Origin: Chloroflexota bacterium | GTDB lineage: Bacteria; Chloroflexota; Dehalococcoidia; UBA2979 | Assembly (NCBI GenBank): GCA_027593235.1 | Contig: JAQCIU010000003.1 | Span: 32,001-96,000, forward strand | DNA length: 64,000 bases | Direction: 5' to 3' | Part shown: in pieces, positions 27,775 through 36,101 of the stretch | Layout: the number at the start of each line of letters is the position of its first letter | How positions within the stretch are numbered: position 1 is the stretch's first letter | Notes under the pieces: model-generated | What the model was told of the DNA's origin: nothing | The model's input: the letters and a program-made list of their open reading frames with translations, nothing else | Databases searched by the model: none | Position numbers and translations under genes: made by a program

Positions 27775-29745
27775 CTACAGCGTGCGCTTCAACCAATCGA
27801 GGACGTGCTCGTGGTAGGAGCGGACCATTGCCGGGTGACCGGCGCGGACGAAGCCGTGGTAGCCACCGGGGAACCGCACGAATTCGACCTGTTTCCCGAG
27901 GCGTTTGAGCGCGGTGTAGTACTCCTCCGACTGTGAGATCGGGCAGCGGATATCCGCTTCGCCGTGGAGCAGCAGCACCGGCGTCTTCACGTTCGGGGCA
28001 TAGGTGATCGGCGAGTGGGCGACGTAGGCCTCGAAGTTCTCGAGGGGCGTGCCGCCCCATTGCTGTTCGCCGAACTGCACGGAGATGTCGGACTGGCCGT
28101 ACATCGAGACGAGGTTGGTGACGGGGGCCGCGACGATCGCCGTCTTGAACCGATCGGTGTGGCCGACGGTCCACGAGGTCATGAAACCGCCGTACGAGTA
28201 GCCGTGAATCGCGAGGCGGCTCGCGTCGACGTAGTTGCGGCGGAGGACGCGGTCGACGGCGGCCATCTGATCCTCGTAGTCCTCGCCACCCCAGTCCTCG
28301 AAGACGCGCGAGACGAAGTCGCGGCCGTAGGTCGATGACCCGCGAGGGTTGATGTAGAGCACGAGGTAGCCGGCGCCGGCGAGCATCTGGTGCAGCGGCA
28401 TCCAGCCGTTGCCGAAGAAGCCGTTGGGGCCGCCGTGAACCTCGAGGACCAGCGGGTACTTCTTCTTGCGATCGAAGTCGGGCGGGAAGGTCAGCCAGCA
28501 CTCGATGTCGAGGCCGCCGCGCTGGAAGGTGAAGCGCTCGGTCTTGCCGACCCCGTAGCCCTCGAGGTACCCGGTGCTCACGGCGCTGACGGCGTGCTCG
28601 CTCTCATCCTCGATATCGACGGCGGTCACCTCGTTGGGGCGGGTGAGGCGGGAGTTGAGGACGGCGGCGCGGGTGGCGTCAGCGGAGAGCGAGAGGCCGG
28701 CACCCAGCTCCTCGGTGGCGCGGAGTGGCTCAACCGTGGAGCCGCTGGGGGTGGTGCTGTAGAGGCCGGTGGAGCCGTGCCGTTCGGCCTGGAAGGTGAT
28801 GCGTCGCGCACCCCAGTGCATCGGCGGCGGGTCGGCGAGCGGGATGTTGGCGCCGGTCGGCTGCAGCGAGTCGTCGGTGATCTGCTTTGGCGCGGCGCCG
28901 TCCTCGAGGGCGACGGTCCAGAGGTAGGACTGCGCGTACGCGTATTCCTGGCCACCCGAGACGAAGGCAAGGCGGTCGCCCTGGGGTGACCAGGCGATCG
29001 GGCTGAGGCCGGAGAGGTTGCGGACGATCCGCCGTACCGCGCCACCGCCCGAGGGCACCACGCACAGCTCCAGCTTGCCCGGCGTGCGTCGCTCGCGCTG
29101 CGCGGAACGATCGCCGGAAGCGAAGGCGATCGATGCGCCGTCCGGCGACGGCGTTGGCGAGTAGCAGTCGTAGTCGCCGCGGGTGAGCTGCTTCGCTTCG
29201 CCGCTGTCGAGGTCGACCCGGAAGAGCTGGCGGTGGGTGTCGCCGCGCCAGCCGAGGCCATCCGCACGGAAGTAGATGCGGTTGACCCGCTTCGCCCTCG
29301 GGATCGACGGGTTGGCGGTAGGGGCGGGCGCGTCCGGATCGACATCGACGGCGAGGACGAGCGCGCCGCCGTTCGGGAGCCAGGCGAGCGAACGGATCGG
29401 CCCGGCAAGGCTGGTGAGCTGACGTGCTTCCCCGCCGTCGATCGGGAGCAGCCAGACCTGGGCGTTCGCAGTGGAGCCGTCGTCATCGCGGCGGCTGCGG
29501 AGGAAGGCGACGGTCTTGCCGTGCGGTGACCAGGTCGGGCGCGAGTCGAGTGGGCCGGCGGTGAGCTGGCGTGCGGTGCCGCCCTCGAAGGGGACGAGCT
29601 CGAGCACGGAGCTGCGCTGGAGGGTGGTGGGATCGACCGCGCCGCGGACGTAGGCGATGGCGCCGCCGTCCGGGCTGATCGCCGGCTCGGCGACGGTGTC
29701 GAGGTCGACGAGCATGCTGGGGTCAATCGGGCGGGTGGCGGGCAT
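27775..29745 (-). CDS. S9 family (prolyl oligopeptidase/acylaminoacyl peptidase) serine peptidase
   Basis: PD40 propeller repeats, VHGGP, GYSYGG nucleophile, HGEADIRC, GGYHG. Confidence 0.92.
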   Translation of the reverse strand: MPATRPIDPSMLVDLDTVAEPAISPDGGAIAYVRGAVDPTTLQRSSVLELVPFEGGTARQLTAGPLDSRPTWSPHGKTVAFLRSRRDDDGSTANAQVWLLPIDGGEARQLTSLAGPIRSLAWLPNGGALVLAVDVDPDAPAPTANPSIPRAKRVNRIYFRADGLGWRGDTHRQLFRVDLDSGEAKQLTRGDYDCYSPTPSPDGASIAFASGDRSAQRERRTPGKLELCVVPSGGGAVRRIVRNLSGLSPIAWSPQGDRLAFVSGGQEYAYAQSYLWTVALEDGAAPKQITDDSLQPTGANIPLADPPPMHWGARRITFQAERHGSTGLYSTTPSGSTVEPLRATEELGAGLSLSADATRAAVLNSRLTRPNEVTAVDIEDESEHAVSAVSTGYLEGYGVGKTERFTFQRGGLDIECWLTFPPDFDRKKKYPLVLEVHGGPNGFFGNGWMPLHQMLAGAGYLVLYINPRGSSTYGRDFVSRVFEDWGGEDYEDQMAAVDRVLRRNYVDASRLAIHGYSYGGFMTSWTVGHTDRFKTAIVAAPVTNLVSMYGQSDISVQFGEQQWGGTPLENFEAYVAHSPITYAPNVKTPVLLLHGEADIRCPISQSEEYYTALKRLGKQVEFVRFPGGYHGFVRAGHPAMVRSYHEHVLDWLKRTL

Positions 29746-29850
29746 GGTGCTGGCTCCTCGGTCGTCGGTCGTCGCGCGCCGGGGCATGCTAGCGGAACGA
29801 GAGGCGCGATCGTCAGGTCGCGACGAGACAACCGGGAGGCGAAGAGGGCG

Positions 29851-30675
29851 ATGAGCAAGCTCGACGGACAGGTCGCGATCGTGACCGGCGGGGCGTGGGG
29901 CATCGGCGGCGCGACGGCGCGACGCCTCGCGAGCGACGGGGCGCGGGTGCTGGTCGCCGACCTCGACGTGGCGGGTGCGACCTCGAACGTCGCGCGGATC
30001 GCCGAGGCGGGCGGGACGGCGATCGCGATGTCGGTCGACGTCGCCGACGGCGCGCAGATCGAGGCGATGGTCGCTCGCGCGGTGGCGGAGTGGGGGCGGC
30101 TCGACATCCTGTTTCAGAACGCCTACCGCGACGACGGGTCACACGCCGGGAGCGCGGTCGAGCTGGAAGAGGCGTCGTGGGACGGGGCGATGGCGATCCT
30201 GGTGAAGGCGCTATACCTCGGGGCGAAGTACGCGGTGCCGCAGATGCGGGCGAGCGGCGGCGGGAACATCGTCAACACTGCCTCGGTGCACGGGGTGCTG
30301 ATGGCGCCGCGGCGGATCGCATACGAGACGGGGAAGTCGGCGGTGATCGGGCTGACGCGCCAGATGGCGACCGACTTTGGCCCCGACAACATCCGTGTGA
30401 ATTGCATCCTGCCCGGGCACATCGTCACGGAGCGGACGGCGCCGCGCTGGGCCGAGAACCCGGAACGTCTCGAGTTCTTCAAGCAGCACTACCCGTTGCG
30501 CCGGGTCGGCGCGCCGGACGACATTGCGAACGCGGTCGCGTTCCTCGTGTCCTCGGAAGCGTCGTTCATCACCGGGCACGCGCTCGCGGTGGACGGGGGG
30601 ATGACAGTGCAACTGCAGGAGGATCTCACTGTCGCGACCGCCCGCTACGCGCGCGAGCACGACTTCGAGCTGTAG
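29851..30675 (+). CDS. SDR family oxidoreductase
   Basis: TGGAWGIG, YETGK, NIRVNCILPG. Confidence 0.9.
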   Translation: MSKLDGQVAIVTGGAWGIGGATARRLASDGARVLVADLDVAGATSNVARIAEAGGTAIAMSVDVADGAQIEAMVARAVAEWGRLDILFQNAYRDDGSHAGSAVELEEASWDGAMAILVKALYLGAKYAVPQMRASGGGNIVNTASVHGVLMAPRRIAYETGKSAVIGLTRQMATDFGPDNIRVNCILPGHIVTERTAPRWAENPERLEFFKQHYPLRRVGAPDDIANAVAFLVSSEASFITGHALAVDGGMTVQLQEDLTVATARYAREHDFEL

Positions 30676-30684
30676 GCGAGTCCC

Positions 30685-31458
30685 ATGCGCGTAGCGCTGT
30701 TCTCGGATATTCACGGCAACTCGATCGCCCTCGATGCCGTGCTCGCAGATATCGAGGAACACGGCGGGGTCGATGCGACCTGGGTGCTCGGTGACCTCGT
30801 GGCGATCGGGGCCGACCCGGTTGGTGTCCTTGAACGACTCGAGGCGCTGCTATCCACGACCATCATCCGTGGCAACACCGATCGGTATGTGACCACAGGT
30901 GACCGACCGCCGCCGACCGAGCCGGACGTGCGTGGCGACCCCTCGTTGTTTGCGCGATACACCGAAGTACAGCGGAGCTTCGCGTGGACACAGGGAATGG
31001 TCACCGCAGCGGGCTGGCTCGAGTGGCTGTCAGCGCTACCGCTCGATGCCCGTTTGCTCTTGCCAGACGGAACACGGCTGCTCGGTGTTCATGCGTCGCC
31101 CGGAACCGACGACGGTCCGGGGTTCCATCCCGGACAAGGCGACGACGAGCGTGCCGCCGCCGTCGCCGGTTGCGAGGCAGATCTCGTAGTGGTTGGGCAC
31201 CGGCACTACCCGGCCCGGTGGTCTGTCGGTGGCATCGACGTCATTGCGCTCGGCAGTGTCAGCAATCCGCTCGCTCCGGATCTGCGAGCGAGCTACGTGG
31301 TCCTCGAGGCTGACGAGCGCGGCTACGAGGTCGAGCATCGCCGCGTTGCCTACGACCTCGATGCGTCGATCGCTGCGACCGACGATGTGCGGCACCCGGC
31401 GGCCGAATTCATCAACCGGTACTTCAGAGGCGAGATGGTTCCGCATTGGCGGCGCTAG
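30685..31458 (+). CDS. Metallophosphoesterase (calcineurin-like)
   Basis: SDIHGN, LGDLV, RGNTD, VH, GHRH. Confidence 0.88.
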   Translation: MRVALFSDIHGNSIALDAVLADIEEHGGVDATWVLGDLVAIGADPVGVLERLEALLSTTIIRGNTDRYVTTGDRPPPTEPDVRGDPSLFARYTEVQRSFAWTQGMVTAAGWLEWLSALPLDARLLLPDGTRLLGVHASPGTDDGPGFHPGQGDDERAAAVAGCEADLVVVGHRHYPARWSVGGIDVIALGSVSNPLAPDLRASYVVLEADERGYEVEHRRVAYDLDASIAATDDVRHPAAEFINRYFRGEMVPHWRR

Positions 31459-31485
31459 GCATCGCTCAGTCGAGACGAAGTCGCG

Positions 31486-31537
31486 ACTCTTTCCAAGATG
31501 GAAAATGCCAGATAAACTCTTTCCGCAATGGAAAGTG
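31486..31537. promoter_or_regulatory. Two palindromic operator-like repeats, 30-bp period
   Basis: ACTCTTTCCAAGATGGAAAATG and ACTCTTTCCGCAATGGAAAGTG. Confidence 0.7.
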
Positions 31538-31545
31538 ATGCTGCA

Positions 31546-32034
31546 ATGACAGACGAAACGAGATACGTGGGTCCGGACGAAGCGCGGTCCGCTCTCGCAT
31601 CATTGGCCGAGGCGGAGCGAGCGGGCCGGATACGCAGCGCGCGTCCGCGCTGGTTCGGCGTGGTGATGGCATTCCTCCTCGGCGGTTTGGTGGCGACTCC
31701 CGCGTTGGCGGATGCGGAGGGGCTGGTGAGCAAGGAGCTCGCCACCATCGTCCTGATCCTTGGGTTCGCGCTCGTTGTGGCCGGTCAGCGCCAACGAGCG
31801 GATGCCTGGCCGCAGGATTTCCCGGGTGGCAAGGGGCAGACGGCATTGGCTCTGACGATCACGATCGGGCTCTCACTGGCCCTGTACGCCATTGGCATCG
31901 TGCTGCGCGATGCTGCTGACCTGTGGTGGGGACCACTGGCCTCCGGCGTTGTCGCGGGCGCCCTCGTCTTCTTGCTCGTTAATCGGGAGCGTCGGTCGAT
32001 GCTCGCGCCGATCGACCGGACGCACTCGGGGTGA
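31546..32034 (+). CDS. 4-TM membrane protein (hypothetical)
   Basis: Four hydrophobic segments; coupled (GTGA) to the HTH gene. Confidence 0.7.
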   Translation: MTDETRYVGPDEARSALASLAEAERAGRIRSARPRWFGVVMAFLLGGLVATPALADAEGLVSKELATIVLILGFALVVAGQRQRADAWPQDFPGGKGQTALALTITIGLSLALYAIGIVLRDAADLWWGPLASGVVAGALVFLLVNRERRSMLAPIDRTHSG

Positions 32035-32348
32035 CCGAGGCACGTTTTGACGCGGTCATCCATGCCCCGAAGCGGCTCCAGATCTGCGCGTTACTGATCC
32101 CGCTGGAAGAGGCTGAGTTCCAGGTGCTTCGTGACGAGATTGGGGTGAGTGACTCGGTGCTATCGAAGCACATCAAGCAGCTCAGCGACGCGGGGTATGT
32201 GAAGGTTCGCAAGAACAAGCTGGGTGGCCGTCAACGAACCTGGGTGCAATTGACCGGTGCTGGTCGCCATGCGTTCGCCGCGCACGTCGAGGAGCTGCGG
32301 CGCCTCGCGGAGCTGACCGACGGTCGCCAGTCGCTCGAAACGGCATAG
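32031..32348 (+). CDS. Winged-helix transcriptional regulator (HTH_34/ArsR-MarR-like)
   Basis: FDAVIHAPKRLQI, SDSVLSKHIKQL..AGYV, RTWVQLTGAGR. Confidence 0.85.
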   Translation: MTEARFDAVIHAPKRLQICALLIPLEEAEFQVLRDEIGVSDSVLSKHIKQLSDAGYVKVRKNKLGGRQRTWVQLTGAGRHAFAAHVEELRRLAELTDGRQSLETA

Positions 32349-32380
32349 CTACGCCCGACAGCCACGCGGGCGCCCGGGCG

Positions 32381-32434
32381 GCCGGACTGGGATCGCCAGG
32401 CTGCGAGCAGTCTCCACCAGATCGAGTGCTCGGG
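32381..32434. repeat. 54-bp dispersed repeat, copy 1
   Basis: 44/54 identical, ungapped, to 35069-35122. Confidence 0.8.
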
Positions 32435-32453
32435 GTTTCCCGCGTGGTCGGGA

Positions 32454-33278
32454 CTACGCCTCGTTGGCGTTCTGCCAGTTCAGGTTGACGACGCTGATCT
32501 CTTCGTCGAAGCCCTTGAGGCTAACTGGCTCAATCGGACCGAACGGGAACCGCTTGCCGATCGCGAGGTCGCGGACCGCCGTTGACAGGCAGATGCCGTC
32601 GGTGGTGGCGCGGTCGCAGAGGCGGGCGGCCAGTTGAACCGCGGCGCCGAAGAGATCGCCGTGCTCGGTGACCGGCTCGCCGGCGGCGATTCCGATTCGC
32701 ACGTGGATGCGTTCGTCGTCGCTCGTCAGGTCGGCGTTGTAGGCGCGGATGGATCGCTGGATCGCGATCGCGCAGCCGAGCACGTCGGTGACGGATTCGA
32801 ACGAGGTCATGAAGCCGTCGCCGGTGTGCTTTACCTCGACCCCACGGTGTGCGGCGAGGGCGTCGCGGATGAGGGAGTTGTGCTGACGAAGCACCTTCAT
32901 CGCGCCGTCGTCGCCCAGCCGCTGCGTCTGTGCGGTGGAACCCTGCATGTCCGTGAACATGATGGCGCGGAAGGCCGCACGTCCGGGGTTCTCTTTCCCG
33001 TGGTCGACGACCCGTCCGAGGAACATCTCAACGGCGCCGCGGTCGACCGGCATGATCTGGCTGGGGAGCATTCCGTGCGAGGCCTCGTGGACGGCACGCG
33101 CGCGATCCGCGTCCGGGGCGTCGATGAGGCAGAAGGCTGAGTGCTGGTCGTAGTCGAACCAGTACGAGAGGTACTTCACCCCGAAACGGTCCTGCACCGC
33201 GAGGTCCTGCAGGTGCGCGGCGGCCACGTCTTCCGCGGTCGCGCCCGGCAAGTCGTGGCGGTCCATGAAGTAGGGCAT
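32454..33278 (-). CDS. DUF4242 (SCO4226-like) domain fused to class III adenylate/guanylate cyclase
   Basis: MPYFMDRH...AAHLQDL...FCLIDAPD...VH..SHG; FTDMQGST, VKHTGDG, RIGI, LKGF. Confidence 0.85.
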   Translation of the reverse strand: MPYFMDRHDLPGATAEDVAAAHLQDLAVQDRFGVKYLSYWFDYDQHSAFCLIDAPDADRARAVHEASHGMLPSQIMPVDRGAVEMFLGRVVDHGKENPGRAAFRAIMFTDMQGSTAQTQRLGDDGAMKVLRQHNSLIRDALAAHRGVEVKHTGDGFMTSFESVTDVLGCAIAIQRSIRAYNADLTSDDERIHVRIGIAAGEPVTEHGDLFGAAVQLAARLCDRATTDGICLSTAVRDLAIGKRFPFGPIEPVSLKGFDEEISVVNLNWQNANEA

Positions 33279-33533
33279 CTGGCCTCCCCGGCGCGCCAAT
33301 CATAGCGGGCGGTTTCGGGCTCGTCCCCCGTCGCCGGACGTCCGTCTGGAACGAACGCACACCCCAGCGACGGTTCCTCGGGGGTCCTGCCGCGCTCCGA
33401 CGAGCCACCTCGGTCCCGCTCGCTCACCCGGGATACGTGCGCTCTCTCGACGTGTCTCCTGGGAGTGGGCTCCTGTGCACCTCGAGTACGACCTCGAGAT
33501 GTCGGGGGGCGTCGGGCACTCCTCGGCCCGCTG

Positions 33534-34253
33534 TTACTCGATGACGCCGAGGTAGAGCTGCGTCAGCAGGATCAGGTCGAGCGTGGCGTGAGCGGCGATC
33601 AACGGCCACAGTCTCCGCCCCGTGACCAGGTACATCAGGCCGAGGCCAGCACCCAGAGCGGCCGTGGAGATCACTCCACCGAAGCCCCACTCGAAATGGA
33701 TCAGCCCGAAGATCAGTCCGCTCAGGAGTGCGGCTCCGATCGCTGAACGGCGCCCACCTCCCAGCACTCGATCGAGACGGTCGATGAGGAGACCGCGGTA
33801 GATCACCTCCTCGATGAACCCGCCCGTGAACATTGCGCCGAGCACCGTGAATAGGAAGAGCGGTAGATCGCCAACGAGGGGGTCGTACCGCGAGAAATCG
33901 GGTTCCGGCGCGCCGAGGAGTATCGCGAGCGCGGGGACTACCGTGAGCTGGAGCAGGATCGAAACGACGAGGACTGCGAGGCCCCAGGCCGGCACGCTCC
34001 ACCAGCGCCTGGGACGCTGCATGCCGAGGTCAAACAGGCGCTGGCCGTGTCGACGCTGCAGCGCAGCCACCACGAAGAGTGAGGCGAAGAGCGTCGGGGC
34101 ACCTCGGAAGATATCGGCGTGGGGCAGGAGATCGAACTGTTCGAACCCTCGTTCGAGCGCGAGGAACAGGAAGGCCGTCGCGACATACAACGCGATATCG
34201 ATCGCGGCGCTGCGGCGGTCGATGCTGGTCGGCGCGGTCCCAGTCGGGTCCAT
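33534..34253 (-). CDS. CPBP/CAAX (Abi) intramembrane glutamic endopeptidase
   Basis: EEVIYRG, FGLIH, AHATLD. Confidence 0.88.
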   Translation of the reverse strand: MDPTGTAPTSIDRRSAAIDIALYVATAFLFLALERGFEQFDLLPHADIFRGAPTLFASLFVVAALQRRHGQRLFDLGMQRPRRWWSVPAWGLAVLVVSILLQLTVVPALAILLGAPEPDFSRYDPLVGDLPLFLFTVLGAMFTGGFIEEVIYRGLLIDRLDRVLGGGRRSAIGAALLSGLIFGLIHFEWGFGGVISTAALGAGLGLMYLVTGRRLWPLIAAHATLDLILLTQLYLGVIE

Positions 34254-34372
34254 CGGTAGCTCCTCCGGCAGTCGGGCACAGGTATGAAATCGTTGATATG
34301 TGAGAACGATAACAACGTTATTGTGTCATGGACGAATTGATAGCATGCGCTTCGCCATGACTCGGAGGCCGT

Positions 34373-34954
34373 TTGGTGGTCGACACCCGCGAGCGGATTC
34401 GTGCAGCCGCGCTCAAGTTGTTCGTTGAGCAGGGCTATCGACAGACGTCGATCGCCGCGATCGAAGCTGCGTCAGGCCTCGCACCGCGGACTGGTGGCTT
34501 CTACCGCCACTACTCGAGCAAGGACCAGTTGGCGGCGGAAATCTGCGAACTGCAGATCATCGAGACCAGCGCTGACCTCGGTTTCGGCGGGGTGCTGCCG
34601 CTCGGCGATACGCGCGCCGAGCTGGTCCTGATCGCGAAAGGCTATGCGAAGGCATTCGATCGCCAGGCGCCGCTGGAAGCGCTGATCGCGGAGGTCAGGC
34701 ACCTGCCGGAGATCCGGGAACTGGAGGGGCGCGTCGATGTCGAGTTGACGGAGCTACTGACCGGCTGGCTGAAGGGCAAATCCTATGCTGCGGCCCTGGA
34801 CGAAGCCGGCCTGACCGTCCTGATGCTGACGGTGTTCGGGGGCTGGATCTTCTTCCTCGCAAAGCGCGGATCGCCGGCCGGTCCTCCGGGATTAGATGAC
34901 CAGTTCGTGCTCGATCAGTGGGCCGATTTCTGGTCGGGCGTCCTGGACGCCTAG
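34373..34954 (+). CDS. TetR family transcriptional regulator
   Basis: TRERIRAAALKLFVEQGY..TS...FYRHYSSKDQL; divergent from the CPBP gene. Confidence 0.88.
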   Translation: MVVDTRERIRAAALKLFVEQGYRQTSIAAIEAASGLAPRTGGFYRHYSSKDQLAAEICELQIIETSADLGFGGVLPLGDTRAELVLIAKGYAKAFDRQAPLEALIAEVRHLPEIRELEGRVDVELTELLTGWLKGKSYAAALDEAGLTVLMLTVFGGWIFFLAKRGSPAGPPGLDDQFVLDQWADFWSGVLDA

Positions 34955-35068
34955 GCCTCGACGCCCGCGGAGCGTCACCCGTCGACCGAGGCGGAGGTGC
35001 GCGCCAATCCCTCGTGATTTGCCCGGTACACCGGCCACGTGCCGGGGATTCGCGCCGGCGCCAAGACC

Positions 35069-35122
35069 GCCGGACTGGGATCGGTGGTCTGCGAGGGCCC
35101 TCCAACAGATCGAGCGCTCGGG
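35069..35122. repeat. 54-bp dispersed repeat, copy 2
   Basis: 44/54 identical to 32381-32434. Confidence 0.8.
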
Positions 35123-35223
35123 TCCTACGAGTCCGGACTGTGGCTCGTTGGCGTCCCTCGAGCGGCGCGCCCGCCGGTGACGCGCGCGAGCACGCCTTCG
35201 GGCTGTAGTCGCGAGGCTGGATT

Positions 35224-36027
35224 TCAGGCTGGGACGATGACGTCGACTTCGACCGGCTGCTCGAAGCCCTTGAGGGTGACCTGGCGGTGATCCGAGATCG
35301 CCGGTGGCCGCGTCGCGCGCAGGAGGGTGGCGTGGCTGACGAGGATCTCGCCGCCGCGCGCCGCGCCCGAGAGACGTGACGCGAGATTGACCGCCTCGCC
35401 GAGTGCGGTGAAGTCCGCGAAGTCACCATCAACACCGACCGAGCCCATATAGGCCTCGCCGGTGTGGATGCCGGCGCCGACCTCGAGCGCCGTGTCGCCG
35501 TCGCCGATGTCCTTCGTGCGGCGGAGCAGGGTGCTTGTGGCCTCGATCGCCTGATCGATGTGGTCGCTGCCGGCGAAGCCGGGGAGGAAGAAGCCGTTCA
35601 CGGCGTCGCCGACGAGCTTGTCGACGAACGCTCCGTTCACGGTGAGGGCCTGACGCGCGGTGTCGTAGAAGCGCCCCATCAGCACGCCAAAGCCGGCGTT
35701 CCCCAGGGATTGCGACAGCTCGGTGGAGTGCCGAACGTCTGCGAAGACGATGGTCATCTCTACCGTCGCACCGCCTGGGTGCTCGCCGGCGAAGTGTTCG
35801 CAGAAGAGGCAGATCGCGGGATTCTTCGTTCCGCGGCTCCGCTTGATTGCCCGCGCGACGATGGCGCCGGGGCCGGAGAACGGCGCACTACAGAGCTTGC
35901 AGCGCGGCTCGCTGGGTATCAGACCCCAGATTCGCCGGCCTCGTCGCAGCTTCGGGTCTTCGCCGCTGAGGATTGCCTCCCACAGCTTCGAGGGCTCCTC
36001 GGTCGTTGGTGCCAGTTCATCGGGCAT
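35224..36027 (-). CDS. Class III adenylate/guanylate cyclase with N-terminal CxxC...CxxC module
   Basis: RCKLC...NPAICLFC; FADVRHST, DKLVGDA, GIHTG, ALGEAVNLASRL, LKGF. Confidence 0.88.
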   Translation of the reverse strand: MPDELAPTTEEPSKLWEAILSGEDPKLRRGRRIWGLIPSEPRCKLCSAPFSGPGAIVARAIKRSRGTKNPAICLFCEHFAGEHPGGATVEMTIVFADVRHSTELSQSLGNAGFGVLMGRFYDTARQALTVNGAFVDKLVGDAVNGFFLPGFAGSDHIDQAIEATSTLLRRTKDIGDGDTALEVGAGIHTGEAYMGSVGVDGDFADFTALGEAVNLASRLSGAARGGEILVSHATLLRATRPPAISDHRQVTLKGFEQPVEVDVIVPA

Positions 36028-36101
36028 CGAGGCTCCTGTGGCCGCGGATCGCCGGGACCCTCTGCGCGGTCGCTGCTGGCGCGCTCCGACCGACGCGGCA
36101 C

